A stretch of DNA of 62,977 nucleotides, counting the filler, from Lenisia limosa (taxonomy: Eukaryota; Protista; Breviatea): assembly GCA_001655205.1 (NCBI GenBank). It is 10 parts of 10 records of this genome, joined end to end, with 100 filler letters (N's around TTAATTAATTAA, not from the genome) between each part and the next. Parts side by side here need not be neighbours in the genome. Positions count along the whole stretch, not along the records: positions 1 to 10,612 come from LPNZ01006410.1; positions 10,713 to 19,573 come from LPNZ01004980.1; 8 more parts are not named here. One strand, given 5' to 3'. Below the pieces are notes generated by a model, which worked only from the letters and a program-made list of their open reading frames with translations, searched no databases and had not been told where the DNA came from. The translations under genes were made by a program, and so were the position numbers. Of this stretch, positions 1 to 13,900 are shown one piece after another (position 1 is the first letter of the stretch; the number at the start of each line of letters is the position of its first letter).

Positions 1-282
1 CGGGTTGTGAGGAACAGGGTTCGGAATGGGGTTGGGGTTGGGGTTGAAGGGTCCGGGGCTGGGTCTAAAATCGTCAAAAAAACCTTGGTTCTACAAACCC
101 AATGAATGATTGTTTACTTTTGTTCAAAGCTTCACTACGGTTCGAAAAAGACCAGTAAAATATTGATAGTTATCGAAGATTTATCGGGAAATTCAGTCTT
201 TTTTTTGGGACCATAGGGGAGTCCCTTATGATAGACTGTTCCAGAGAGAACAATTGATATTCAAGAGGGAACCCGCACATAC

Positions 283-1582
283 CTGGAAGCCTGGAACGCA
301 GCAATATAGGCGTTACGGTCGTGCATATTCTGGTTAAAGAGCTTTTCAATTTCGGACTTGGTGGAGGAGAAAGTAGCCTTGCTCATAATGACGTTCTAGT
401 GCATGTTTAATTTATCATAATTTGAGGATTATATGTAGCAGCACGACTAACGAAGAATGTAAACTCCTTAATATGAAGAAACAGTTCTCAATAAGCTTGG
501 TATGTAAAACAATTCATAGTAACTTACGATATTAGCAGGGTCAAGAATGCGATCGGCAAAAGTTTCCACAATATTGACCTGGCCGCTTCTGAGACAGTGA
601 GGCAACTAACATTGAATATTTACATTTCATTTCATAAATTCACATTTAACTTGCTATTTTTTGCTCGTCTTGATTCATGGTTAACTGTTAATACCTTACC
701 CCTCCCCCCCACGAATGTGACACAACGTCCATCAGCGCTGCAACATCTACACAGTACACTTCGGGGAAATAGTCTCTCAGCGAGCGTGCCGCCTTGGCTT
801 TGTCGTCGTCAAACGAGAAGCACTTGACAACATCTCGAGCCTGGGTGGTCATAGGAATATAAAAGCTTATTGCCTTTAGGTGCCTCATGTTTTTGTTTTT
901 ACGTGTACTAAATTTAAGGCAAAAAAAGATGGGGGTAACACTTTGAACGGCTCTAGCGGACCCAATGTTACTTGTAACTGTCAAGGATATGTTCATAAAA
1001 GGGAGTTTCAATTTTCAAGGATATGATTGTGAGTTAGACGAGGGAAGTTTCAATTAAAAGCCAGAATAAACAGGGAGGGGGGGGGGTAATTAAAAAAAAA
1101 AAAAANNNNNNNNNNNNNNNNNNNNNNNNNNNNNNNNNNNNNNNNNNNNNNNNNNNNNNNNNNNNNNNNNNNNNNNNNGTTTCCAGCTTCTTGTATTAAA
1201 ATAAAGTATCGATATGATCCGACAGAATCTCATGATTATCTTTCGCTTATGATTTCTAAAAAAATGCTAAAAACAAAAAAAAGTAACATCATTGAAAGCA
1301 ACTCTTCTTACCATCTTGCCAGTCAGGTTATAGTTGGAGTTCGCCAATCCAAGTCCGAGCATTCGCTGCTGGCCACTACTAAAACTCTCCTAAAAGAGTT
1401 ATATTATTATATGATATATATTTTTTTTCTTTAGAAAGGATGGTCAACACCTGTCCAACTTTTTTGATGGGTTTGAGAAGCACTCTCTCAAAATCAGCCT
1501 GAGAGAAGAACTCGCGGCTCAGCATTTGTTGTTGTGCTGTATTATTGTTAAAATATAAAGACAAGGTAAGCCTACGCTTCAT
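283..1582 (-). CDS. DUF4476-repeat-like protein, multi-exon (probably continues towards base 1)
   Basis: Exons ~1440-1530, ~1312-1380, 713-840, 528-~585 and 283-395 join in frame: FSQADFERVLLKPIKKVGQ|SSGQQRMLGLGLANSNYNLTGKM|ARDVVKCFSFDDDKAKAARSL...SHS|SGQVNIVETFADRILDPANI|NVIMSKATFSSTKSEIEKLF. The FSFDxDK / ILDPxN / TFSSxK pattern is typical of DUF4476. The start at 1582 is inferred. Confidence 0.6.
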
Positions 1583-2262
1583 GGTCTTGAAAAAGAAGAG
1601 ATTCCTTGATCAATACTTCGTCGAACCAAAGAATTTCTAAAATTATGAATTTGTTTGTACGCTGCTAATATTATAATAGTACAGACACGACAACTTCACT
1701 ATTTATTTTTGTTTTTTTTTAACTTAAATATACACTAGTACAACTCTTTGTATGGTACCAATTGCAATTATCTGAACTCACTTGGTGAGTGCCATGCAAT
1801 CATTTGGCAAATGATCATCCCATCTACTATTATGGTGAGGACGACAAGAGGGAAGGAACAATCAAAAGCAGTTCGGAGTCAACGTAAAGCCCGTGAGGCA
1901 ATGAAGCGTTTGTTTGTAGTAGTTTTTACGTTGTATTTAACCCCTAGGAGGGTTTGTGTGAGGTTTTTCGGGACTCCCCATGCAGCGGTCTGTTGTTTCT
2001 AGATTATTTGATGAATTAAATTCACAGTTCAAGTTCAATTCCCGGGGCGCCCCGGGTCTCATGAAATGAGAGGGAGGGACTAATTTTCCGAGAATATACC
2101 CGCCGGCGTCCAGGGAAAAGTTCAAAGTCCAGTTCAAAGTTCCCCAGCTGTTAAAGGTGAGCTTGATGAAAATAGCTAAGCGCAGAGCCCTCGCACAGAC
2201 AACAAGCAAGAGCGAGACAGACGTACAACAAGATTTTTTTTGAGGTTACACTGCGATCTGCA

Positions 2263-5200
2263 ATGCCATTTGTCATGACCATAATAAGGGCAATCCTCCT
2301 CGCCTGGATAATGGCATGCTGTTCAGCGTCTTTATTCGAGTGGGTTGGTTTTTTTTTTATTTCGGGAAATGTATATTTTGACCTAGGATATATCGGATAC
2401 TATATGATATATTATATTCCTAGTTTTGACTCTTGGGCGTTAGTTAATATTGTATACTACTTGTCTTTTTTGCATGTAGTACTCTTTTCTTGGATAAGAG
2501 GCATCATTTTTCGAATGAATATTACTTTATGCTCCTCCTAGCTGGTATCGTTTGATTTAATATTTCCAGTGTGGTGGGATAATCCCTCTTTTGCCTCACC
2601 CACTTAGAGTGAACTCTGATGGAGAGGCCCAGATCGAGCTTTTCCCAAGTGCCCAGTCCAACCATGCTCAAACAGTGGTAGGTCTTGGGTACACGTATAA
2701 ACAAGGTTATCCTAGGGTAGGCTGTAGTTGGGGCTTCACTTCGGTTCGAAAAATACCAATAAATTATCGATAATTTTCGAGGATTATCGATAAATTCAGT
2801 CTTCTTTTGAACCGAAGTGAAGCCCTATGTATAGTGTAGGAGCGTTCTCCCAATGACCGCTTTGATTCAAATCTAACACTGCATTGTCTCTTGACCTTGA
2901 TCATAGACTATTCTATTTTTTTCGCTACATTTACGTATATATCACCACATAATATTATGTAACTAGTGTATTGTAATTTGTATATTCTTGATTTGTAATT
3001 GATTGGTTTGACACTACCAGGGAGAATTCCAGGAGTTTGTCAAAGGTGGGTGGATCAATGAGTACTGATTACTTCCCAAAATACTTATTGTTTTGCTGGT
3101 TTCAATTGGTTCTTTTCCAAATAAATCTTTGTAATTTTGGATTTCTGGAGTGATGAGAAGCGGGGCTACAAAAGCAACAGGCCTGGGCTTTGTTTATTTT
3201 GTTGTTTTTAAACCTTATGTGTTTCCCAAATGTTAGCCGACAGCGTTGAGTCTGGGTGATTTTTTTTTCATAAATTTTCTCCATTTGTCACCTGCTTTAA
3301 GAACTGTTTTGGCCTTGGTTGCTCGTGTTTTTCATTGCTTGTTTTTTTTTTGTTTGACCCCCCAAAATCTCTCCCTGAGTATGACNNNNNNNNNNNNNNN
3401 NNNNNNNNNNNNNNNNNNNNNNNNNNNNNNNNNNNNNNNNNNNNNNNNNNNNNNNNNNNNNNNNNNNNNNNNNNNNNNNNNNNNNNNNNNNNNNNNNNNN
3501 NNNNNNNNNNNNNNNNNNNNNNNNNNNNNNNNNNNNNNNACCTGCAGATGACGTCACAGATATTCCATTCCGACGGCTCGGTTGTGGAGTTCAGTCTCAC
3601 CGTGAGTATCGGGGAGAAATGCTGTTGTTAGGGCTTCACTCCAGTCCGATATAAATCGGGATAATATCGATAGTTTTCGAGGATTTATCGAAAAATTCAG
3701 TTTTTTTTCGGGCCGAAGTGAAGTTTTACCTGCTGTTAATTTTAATGAATTAAAGAATGACAGTCATTAGGGTGACTGTCCTGCTGGCAGTGTTTTGAAG
3801 GCAGCAGTCACATCGCTATCGTGCAGTCACTCCACTGGATGGGACGATAAGCTGGAGTGCATCCCCTGTAAGTGGTTTTGTATCAGGTGAAAATAGAAGA
3901 TATTTTTCAAAAATCCTTGACTACACGATCTTTTTGAGGCCGTGCTGTTGCCAAAGTTAGGATACTGGGAGGTGTCCATTCATAACGTTCATAAATAGTA
4001 TATTGATTGTTATGGTTAAGGCGGGCTTCCCTACGGTTCAAAAAATACACAATATGCATATTGTTTTCGAGGATTTTTTAAGACAGTATTTTTGGGATGT
4101 TTGAGAAGCTTTTGTTGAAGTATATCATATCAATTCATCCAATTACTATGTTTTATGACTTCAAGCATACAGCTGTCCCTTGGCTTCTTGAAGGACAGTT
4201 TTTTCTATTGTTTGATCGGTTTTTGAAGTCCCTAATTCCCATTTAGTGATGTGTGAAAGCTCAGAGCTTGCTTATTTGATGAGCTTATCCAACTGCACTG
4301 GTGAGGGCTGGAGAAACTCTGCCTGATTACCCCATATTTATGATACTTTTTTGGTTTTGCCTTTCGCAACAATAACTCTCAACTCACCTGAATCGTAAAA
4401 ATCGAAATTATCTTACTATTTTAATGAGAAAATCGAAACAACTCATGATCATTTTAATAACACCAACAGGGAGTACATTTGAAGTTGGCACTGTCTGCAC
4501 AGTAGCATGTCCGTCAACAGATAATGGTACGGCTTATGTTTCATTTCTGTCCGAAAAAGACTGTGCATAGTAAGAAGAAGAAATGTTGAATAATGATTGT
4601 TGGATTGTTGTCACCCCGAACAAGACTGTTAGAATATCGGTATTTGCTGGTTTCTGGGTTTCTTGTTGTTTCTTCCTTTCGGAAAACAACTGAGCTCCCA
4701 ATGTATTATTGATAGGGCTTCTCTACAATACCAAAAAAAGACTGAATTTCTCGATAAATCCTTGATAAATGTCGATATTATACAAGTCGTTTTCGGACCG
4801 TAGGGAACCGCTTGTTGATAATTGTGACACCTCCATCAAATATAAAGAAGTAAAACAGTATAGCGTATTATGACAAACCCAGGAAATCCGGCCGTGGTAA
4901 CCTGCAACATTCTTGGGAAGTGGAGTACAGACTTTGCTTGCAGTGAGGGTGGTTTGTCTTTTTTTTATATCAAATAGTATACTATATAGTACATTGAATA
5001 AAAATCTTGGATAAAAAAAACATATTATGATGACCTTTTCTCATATTTTGTATTGATCCAATGTAATTATTCTTTTTCTCATTTTGCAGTTTCTTCAATT
5101 GTTACTTGCGGCTCTTTCTCAAACTACAACCTTCTCAAGGTAAACTAAACACATTAATGTGGTGTTTTTTATTGGGCGAAATAGTATAACATATTTTATT

Positions 5201-8200
5201 ACATTAGTTATTATCTCAAATATCATATTATAGGTAAGAATAATATTTTAGGGAAGCACATCCAACAAGCTTGACGGGGCGTCTTGGGATCTGGCAGCGG
5301 ATTGGGGGACTGATATTCTCTATTTGGCTCATGGCTACGAGACCTCCTGTGCTGTTCACCTTGGTTGGTGGCAGGGGTAAAATTGTAATAAGTATGAAAA
5401 ATTCCCAATTAAAGCCCTAATATAAGAGAATAATAGTCAATTGAGGTGATCTGAATATGAGCAAATTCTGGCATGTTTTTGTTTTTGGTAGATTAATAAT
5501 AACACGGTGTTTCAAGGTAGTCAAAGACCCTCAAAATGCGTCTGTCACTATTTTAGATTCTTCAATCAGCTGTATGGGACAAAATGCACAGAGCCAGGTT
5601 TGTGAACATCAGGTGATATATTTTGAGCCAGAGTAATGCCAATATATTATATCAATACTAAATTGTGTGTTCACTGATTCAAATATGATCTCCATTTGTG
5701 ACTTTACAATCAAGGTGATTAACTCAGGATCAAACCCCACGTCTTCAGTAGTGACGTACGCTGGTATAACAGCTCCGATTGACAGCTTTCAATCAGGCCT
5801 CTACTTCTTTGCCCTACTCAGTACGCCTTTTCGTGCTTTATGATATTTTGCTACTCCTATGCTCCTCTATGGTTCAATACAATTGACTGTTTCTTTTTGT
5901 TCTCTAATCGATATTATCTTTAAAAACAATGCCGTAATATTGTCAATTATGAAAACATCACGAGATTTAAATTAATGTTCCCTAAAATAATTTCATAATG
6001 GTAACTGGTACAAACTGTTACGAGAAATCCCGTTTAGACACCCTAATTTCATTTTGACACTTAATTTCCTCAAACAGTCACTACACAAAATGAAATTATT
6101 CCAATCTTCAGATCAAAGTTGTAACTAGTGAGCTGTTAAGCTTATGTTTCATTTGAGTCTAATTCCAATGATTTGAAGTGCACAGTAGCCTCGCATCTAA
6201 CCCCCCCCCCCCCNNNNNNNNNNNNNNNNNNNNNNNNNNNNNNNNNNNNNNNNNNNNNNNNNNNNNNNNNNNNNNNNNNNNNNNNNNATGGCATGCTTCT
6301 GCAGGATTCTTTATCCAATATTGGGACTCCTACTATTGTGAGAGGGAACATGGTATAAATAGAGCTCTGTACAAGAGAGATATTGTATTGTTATTGGTTT
6401 GAGCTAAAGAATAGCAGGAAAAGACTGGTACATTATATCGTCAGATTATATCGCAATTATTTTTTGTTGCTTACTTTGACTCCAACAGGTTTCCTACACC
6501 AATATTGTTGACCTTTTCGTGGGTGATTATGCCACCATTGTCAAAACTGGTAAGAACCTTGGAGAATGGATGTGAATAATTTATTAAGGTTCTTTTTTCT
6601 CTAGTTTCCTTTGTGTTCAGCACTATTCCTAAGGTCTTATATGTGCACCTTTAATGTTACTGCAAATATGGCTTCAGCAATCATACCTTGCGTAGTAACG
6701 TGTTTTTAGGTGAAGACAAGTGGTACGGAGGAGGATACAACGACAACACTCCAATGCCGGCATCAAAGACTATTCGGCTCTCCAGAACGGAGCTTGTTAT
6801 TAACCTTCCTGGGGTGGGCAAGGCTACGGCTTCCTACGGTCCCAGAAAATTATCCAATAAATCCTCGATAAATATCAACATATCAACGGCTTCTTTGATT
6901 ATATGGAATTTCAGGAGAGAGAAACTCATCAAAGTTCTTCCATTTATCCTTTCTCCGCTTTGTAGTTATTGTTACAGGGAGGTGTAGCCGCTGAATGCAG
7001 GGCTTACCACAATGGAGGAATTTGCCTGTCAGGTTAAGAGGGCGTCTTTGAACTAATAGTTGAAGGCGCACAGCGGATGGGAGAAGGTTTCACCTGGTCA
7101 TGATTGTGTTATCCATCAATTGGTTGGGATAATTAGAACATCAATAGAACATCAATAAACACTCAAATGAGTTTCATCAACATGCTTTTCATTTCCCAGA
7201 GTGCATATTTCTTTCCCTTTCACAAACAGAGGGCAAGGAGGTTTTTGCCATTTCTTCCGGTACTACTTTTGAACAATTCGGCCTCAATGCAGAAACTTCC
7301 TCTTATGTAAAGGTGGGTCATGCGTATTACATGCAGAAAGTGTGTGCACAGAGTTGTCAGACAAATTATTGGGTGAATCAATATTATGCGATAATCTTCT
7401 AAGCGTGATGATGTTAACAGCTTCGGCCAGATACAACATTGTTTTATTTCCTATCTCTATATTAAGGTATCTTACAGATTAATGACGCAACTGGCTTCCA
7501 AGGACAGATTGAAACCTTTTCTTGCAGTCTTGACGTCTGCGTGTTCACCAGCAGTGGGCGTTCATTTCGGGCCAATTGTTGCTGACAGCCATGCATGCAT
7601 GATATTATGAATTTGATGAAATAAATGCTATACAATTCCTACACGACTCCCAATTTTAGCAAAATTGACACATTATTCGTATATTACTGATCCACTTTGA
7701 AGACAGCTTTTCCTCGTCACCTTTTAGCTGGAGGCGCAGTCTTTATCACCAACAGAACCCCTGTTATAATGGGAGGAACCACCCTTGATGCTTCATCAAC
7801 ACCAGTAAGCTCAGCGGCCCTTGGGTTTAAGGGAAAGCTTTCAATGATTTCCACAGATTTGGAAATGCAGTCTTTGTTCTGAATGGGATCCTTGTCTTTT
7901 CAAATAAAAATTGTAATTTTTTTTACAGCTAAGCATAAACAATCACTCTTCATAGATGTTTTATTCCGCTTACTTTGTTGACCAATATTGAACCATTCCA
8001 CTCTTCATATTGGGTGATATTTTCACGCTAACTTTGTAGAGCAATATTGCAACATTCCTCAATACTGGCTGCCCCGCAGACACTTTTAGAAACAAGGCTC
8101 TGGCCACTTTTAAAGGTGCCGTGTTTTATGGAAGTGAGAGGGTTGACCCCCCTCCCCCAACGAAGCGACTGACCTGGGCTTTGTTTGTTTTGTTNNNNNN

Positions 8201-8874
8201 NNNNNNNNNNNNNNNNNNNNNNNNNNNNNNNNNNNNNNNNNNNNNNNNNNNNNNNNNNNNNNNNNNNNNNNNNNNNNNNNNNNNNNNNNNNNNNTCATAA
8301 ATTTTTCAATTTTACTCCCCCCCCCACGGACAACAGGAGAAAACAATGACTTATCTGATTGTTGACTAAATAATAGATATATTAATAGATAATCTGATTT
8401 ATTTGTTGTTGATTGTTTCCGGAATGATTAATTGATTGCCGATTCGGTTCAAGCACAATAATTAATACGCCAGAGTGATGGGGATGGGATGTGGTGTTTG
8501 CAGAAGCGGCTGGTTTGGGCTTTGTTTGTTTTGTTATTTAAAACCTTTTGTGTTGCTTGCTAAAAGAGTTGATTTTGAGCTTCTTTTTTTTTNNNNNNNN
8601 NNNNNNNNNNNNNNNNNNNNNNNNNNNNNNNNNNNNNNNNNNNNNNNNNNNNNNNNNNNNNNNNNNNNNNNNNNNNNNNNNNNNNNNNNNNNNNNNNNNN
8701 NNNNNNNNAGGATTTTGCTGTTTTTTTATAGTCTTTATAATATGGTGAAAATCACGTAACATATCAATTATGTATTGAGAGAGCTTTACATCTTAGATTG
8801 TGCCTGTTGACAGTTTACCCGGGGTATATTCCTATGTTCAAGCCGGATCCAGTTCTCTAGCTGCTTTGTCCTGA
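2263..8874 (+). CDS. Large secreted/surface protein with signal peptide and sushi/CCP-like Cys modules, about 20 small exons
   Basis: First exon MPFVMTIIRAILLAWIMACCSASLF looks like a signal peptide. GT-AG exons encode GDCPAGSVLKAAVTSLSCSHSTGWDDKLECIP, STFEVGTVCTVACPS and PGNPAVVTCNILGKWSTDFACSE (CCP-like C..G.W...C). Later exons are beta-rich. The 3' end is uncertain. Confidence 0.5.
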
Positions 8875-9088
8875 GTAACTCGTCGTTTATGTATTATGTA
8901 TAATTAATTCTCCCTGCATGAGAGGCTGATTAAAATGGGCTGTGGAGAGGTACTGCCCAAGTATTTGCTCATCGCAATTATGGCGCACATCTCCATTATT
9001 ACTAAAATAACCATAGCAATGACAATAAAAACAGGTTAAAACCGGACAATAGTACACACCTTATTTGAGCTAAAGATGCATTTGGACC

Positions 9089-10612
9089 CTAGTTAAACTG
9101 GAAGAAGAGCTGGTAGACAGCAGATCCGCTGTTGTCTGACTCAGTGTAATTCATAAAGTCCTCGGCCATCCAAAGGGCGAAAGGCTCATTGTGGACCTCA
9201 AATGGGTATTGCTTGGAAGTCAAGTGAACCGAAATTACACCTTGTATTCACCACACCAGTTTATTTATCATGCCACATATTTGATCTTGCCAAGAAAAAC
9301 AACATTACCAGTATAAAAAGGGTGGCATTATATGATAGTACCATACTATTCTTGCGCTCAAAAGCCCACCAAATAGTCCATAGTAGTCTCAGTCGCGTAC
9401 GCATCGCAATCGTACACATGGCTTCCCCCCTAAACAGTTAACGATATAATATTAACCTTAACAAGATGTTGAAGATGAAAAGACTGATTATATTGTACAT
9501 TGCTTTAACAATATGGGAATGGTGACTAAGTAAGGGATAAAAAACTGCGTCTTTATACAGCTCATTTGAAACTCTTTCCGTTCCTAACAATCCACCGAAA
9601 ACATCCCATACTGAAGCTATGTATCGGGGAGCAACCGTACGCGAGAAGTCACGGGGAGTAATGCCGTCTCCACGCACCAAAATAATTCTGCAGTTGAGTC
9701 AAATGGTCAAAAGATTAAATGGTATCGAAGATCATTTCAGGCATATGTACGTGTATATAATATAATAGTCATTCCCATATTTGCCATACAACTCTGCAAA
9801 TAAACAATAATTGAGAACAAGACACAATTATTCTCATAGATAGAGGGCTAAACAAAGATACCTAGGGCTTCACTTCGGTTCGGAAAAAGGCTGAATTTCT
9901 CGATAAATCCTCGAAAATTATCGATATTTTACCGGTATTTTTCGAACCGAAGTGCAGTCCTAAAGATACCACAAATACCCACTTGCACGTCTTAGCTGCG
10001 GTTTTAACTTTCCAGTCTTCAGCGACGCTGTTAGACAAAGTACCAGAAACATGTCTAATTCTGAACTATAAGATTTCAATAACGACGAGAGTTTTACTTG
10101 ATCGGAAAAGTCAGGATGATTTGATTTCCTGAGATGAGAAATTCAGTTATTTCCTTGCATATCTAGGTAATAATCAAAATAAAAGGAGGTATGTGAAATT
10201 ACCAAGAAAACGGAGAAAAAGTTAAAAAAAACATCCAACATTGGACTTATTAGGTCATATAGTTGCTACAATGAGCAAGAGAACTCCATCTCCATCAATA
10301 TAGAGAAGTAACCATTTTACTCATCCAGCCACTTGGGCTTCACTTAGGTTCGAAAAAGACCAATAAAACATCAATTTTTCGAGGAATTATCGAGGAGTCT
10401 TTTTTGAACCGAAGTGAAGTCCTACCACCCACAAACTTAAAATCGCTGACTGTTCCTGACAGGGGGATATTCATAACACCAGGAAGGTCCCCAATTCCGG
10501 CAACTGTCACCTCAGCGGAATCTGTTAGGATTAAGGTGGTTCAGTCCTTTTTTTTATTTTGGAATAATAAAGTGGTGAGTAATTACAATGAGCCTTCAGG
10601 ATAATTCCGCAG
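9089..10612 (-). CDS. Unknown multi-exon protein, 5' truncated by scaffold end
   Basis: GT-AG exons encoding DSAEVTVAGIGDLPGVMNIPLSGTVSDFKF, HVSGTLSNSVAEDWKVKTAAKTCK, GGSHVYDCDAYATETTMDYL and a terminal VHNEPFALWMAEDFMNYTESDNSGSAVYQLFFQFN*. No family recognised. Confidence 0.45.
9863..9962. mobile_element. MITE family A (hAT-like, 100 bp) with 8-bp TSD AAGATACC
   Basis: TIR TAGGGCTTCACTTCGGTTCG...CGAACCGAAGTGCAGTCCTA; identical AAGATACC at 9855-9862 and 9963-9970. Confidence 0.88.
10333..10424. mobile_element. MITE family A
   Basis: TIRs; flanks CCAGCCAC / CCACCCAC. Confidence 0.75.
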
Positions 10613-10711
10613 NNNNNNNNNNNNNNNNNNNNNNNNNNNNNNNNNNNNNNNNNNNNTTAATTAATTAANNNNNNNNNNNNNNNNNNNNNNNNNNNNNNNN
10701 NNNNNNNNNNN
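10613..10711. other. Artificial scaffold spacer (N-run + TTAATTAATTAA + N-run); 9 copies in the window
   Basis: The six-frame-stop 12-mer occurs at 10657, 19618, 33323, 37022, 47604, 51431, 53220, 55466 and 61519, each between ~44-N runs. Confidence 0.97.
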
Positions 10712-10746
10712 NCCCCCCCCCCTCCCCGATCTCAACTTAGCCCCAT

Positions 10747-10846
10747 TAGGGCTTCCCTACGGTCCCAAAAAAGACTGAATTTCTCAATAAATCCCCGATA
10801 AATATCGATATTTTACCAGTCTTTTTCGGACCGTAGAGAAGCCCAA
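10747..10846. mobile_element. MITE family A, subfamily with TIR GGGCTTCCCTACGGTCC (also 4713-4812, ~53955-54050, ~61300-61370)
   Basis: Same length and core as family A, but both TIRs carry matching substitutions (CCCTACGGTCC / GGACCGTAG(A/G)GAAGCCC). Confidence 0.8.
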
Positions 10847-10903
10847 GTGATACTACAGACACTCCAATGTATACAGAGTCAAGAAGATTTATACCCCCCT
10901 CAC

Positions 10904-13900
10904 CTCAAGTCCGAAAACCGGAACGCGATGCCTGACGAAATGGTCTGACACGTGTCACCGGTGAGGAACAGGTTGGCGGTGGACCGGATGAGACGGAAGC
11001 AAAGAAGAACTTCCGCTTCCGTCAGGTCCTGAACTTCATCAACGTATAGTGAGTCGACTTTGAGTTGCTCTGGGGGGGGGGTAAATTAAAGAAATTTCGA
11101 TGAAAAATATTGGCATAAAGGTACTAATCGTAATTATAGGAATAAGTCCTTTGGACAACCAGGGCTTCACTTTGGTTCGAAAAAAGACTGAATTTCTCGA
11201 TAACTCCTCGAAAACCATCGATAGTTTACCGGTATTTTTTGAACCGAAGTGAAGCCCTAGTTGTACAACGGATCAACTGTATCATATTATGCCCCCCTCG
11301 AAACTTCTGTCATAAGATATCATATAATGCCCTCTCCACCCATCTACCATATGGTATGGTATCGAGAATTTATCGACAATTTATCGACAATTTTGACAGT
11401 TCAGTCTTCTTGGAAATGATGAAGTTCTAGTTTATTCAAAACGTAGATCAAATTAACATGCCTTGTAAGGGTATTATAGCCTCTAACAGATTCCCATATA
11501 CCGAAAATGTTGTCGTCAAGGAAGGGGATGCCTTTGGACACGTGATGCACCACATCAAGCCAATCGAACATCCTGTGGGGTTAGGAGTAAAACTAAGGAA
11601 ATTCGATTAAGAATATTGGCGTAAAGGCACTAATCACGAACCGAATAATCTGAAACTTCAAACAAACAAACAAAAATCAAGCAACAAAAAACACGAGCAA
11701 CCAACACAAAAACTTGAAAAAGCAGTAAAATTGGAAAATTTATGAAAGACAAAAGCCCAATCAACTCTGTAGGAACAAAAAAACAAGAAGAATACAACAA
11801 CAAACAAAGAAATCACGAAAACGCCCACTTGAAGCTTCGAGACGATTTGCTCTCTTTCGTTCTCAGGTATTTCATTGCGAGATCATAGATGACGTCTCTT
11901 TTGACGGACTTTTGTTGGGACTGTCGAACTCCTAAGTTGCAGTATTTTGTCCTGAATGGTGATGAATGGCAATGATGATGATGATGTTGTTGAATAGTGA
12001 TATTGAAAAATGACTAAATATTTCGATAAATTTTCGATAAATATCGATATTTTACCCGTCTTTTTTGGACCTTAGGGGAGCCCTAGTTACAATATGTCAG
12101 TTCAAATCGCAGAGAGTTTATTCGTTTCACTTTTGCTGTAAAAAAGTAAGAAAAGCAGTTGTGCCTACTTAGAAATGATGCTGTTGAAGTGTCTCACGGC
12201 ATCGCCAGACCCTCGAATGAAGGTATTAAACTCGGTCAAAACGAGAGAAAGGTCCACATTGAGTCTAAAAACCATCAGAAGTATGTTGCTCTCTCCCCAC
12301 CCCAACTTCAGAAATACGATACTGCTCTCTCCCCCACTTGTCCNNNNNNNNNNNNNNNNNNNNNNNNNNNNNNNNNNNNNNNNNNNNNNNNNNNNNNNNN
12401 NNNNNNNNNNNNNNNNNNNNNNNNNNNNNNNNNNNNNACTTCTCGACTTGGTTGAGACTGGGCCAGAAGTCCTGGCGGAAGACATTGATGTCAATCTCCT
12501 TCCATACAATGTCCGCAACGTCCGTCGCTCCCTCTTCTGTACCGTTAAAGCAAGTTGTCTCGGATAGCAGATTAATTGAATTGGCTTTCCTTGGAGTGAT
12601 TTATATATAGCAATGAGGAATAAAGAATAAAGAGGTATCTAGCCAAAGCCGTCCAGTTATATATTTCAAAGAGGAGAGGGTTGAGTGGATGTTATAGCGG
12701 AAGTAATGGGAAATGTTGTAATGTAATTCGCTGCTACATTTATTGGGGTACATAACGTTAACCTTTTTCAATACTATCATCAACCATCATCACTCCCCAC
12801 CACCATCTTCTTCTTCTTCTTCTTCTTCATCAACACCATCATCATCATCGCTTATCCCCCCCCCCACCATCATCGTCATTAGCTTTGGAGAGCAAAGAAG
12901 ACATTTGGAGGGCAGCTTTGGAAGAGACCTAAAAACTGTTAGGCAAACCACGAGGCTGATAGTTTTAGGTGTTAAATCATGGTTGATAACCATACATTGA
13001 ATCCTCGAATTGTCATAAACAATAATGAATAAAATCTAGAGACACATAAATACATGCATGGAGATACCCTTATGGTAATAGTATTAATTTGACACTTATA
13101 TATTCCATGCCTTGACAAACACAAACAAATTGGAAGGATTGGAGGCTAGTGTGAAGAACAATATCCCAATGTATTTTTTTGCCTCCATAGATATCTGCAA
13201 ACTTCGATATTATTCGACATTCCTGGAGAGGACACGACGGACTTCGGGGGATTGGAGTTTTGATCACGTGGGAAGAAGGGTTCATGCAGAGCCGCGTCAA
13301 GCATGAGCACAAACTCGCGCGAGGCTGTGAAGTGGCGTGATTGGATGAATGCAACGGGAGGGGGGGGAGTAAAACAAGGGAAATATCAATGAAATCAAAT
13401 AATCTGAAGTTCAAGCAATAAAAAACATTTCGAGGGAAGCGGGGATGAAGACCATCATACTAAGAAACAGCGGGAAGTGAGCGGAATGGAGTTGGGTGAA
13501 GGAAGCGGGGGGCTTGGCTGCGGGAGCAAGAGGTAAGCCGGCGCCAAGACAAAACGACTCAAATTGCTCTCGTACCATGATCTATATGGTGAAATGATAG
13601 TTCTCTCAGGTCCAAAAAAGACCAATTATCGATATTCATCGATACTATATCAAATACATATCATTTTAGAAGTCTGGAGATAAGACAAACATAGTGGAAG
13701 ATAAGCCCATCAAGGGGTAAAAAGGCAAATCATACAATAAGACAGAAGCCATCATACGATAAGATAGGGCAAAACACAGAGGTAAGACAGATAAACCCAT
13801 CAAACAATAAGACCACATCAGTAAAGCAGATGAAAAGATAGAAAACTCATTAAACGATTAGATAGATAAAGCTTACGATAAGATAGGGGGACGCGGTAAG

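Noticed and set aside
28-47. (TTGGGG)3, Tetrahymena-like telomere repeat
   Set aside because: Only three units and internal; the minus strand reads PFNPNPNPIPNPVPHNP, more likely a Pro-rich exon of the DUF4476-like gene.
9863-9962. Family A as CRISPR repeats, REP elements or a TA-targeting Tc1/mariner MITE
   Set aside because: Dispersed in eukaryotic introns with no spacers. The terminal TA is part of the TIR, because 8-bp TSDs lie outside it in several copies.
10657-10668. TTAATTAATTAA as a biological motif (PacI or piggyBac sites)
   Set aside because: Always centred in ~100-bp N spacers; it is a six-frame-stop assembly linker.
12790-12860. Acidic-tract ORF 12790..12993
   Set aside because: (GAT)n/(GAA)n microsatellite just after a G-rich donor and ending in a stop; probably intronic.
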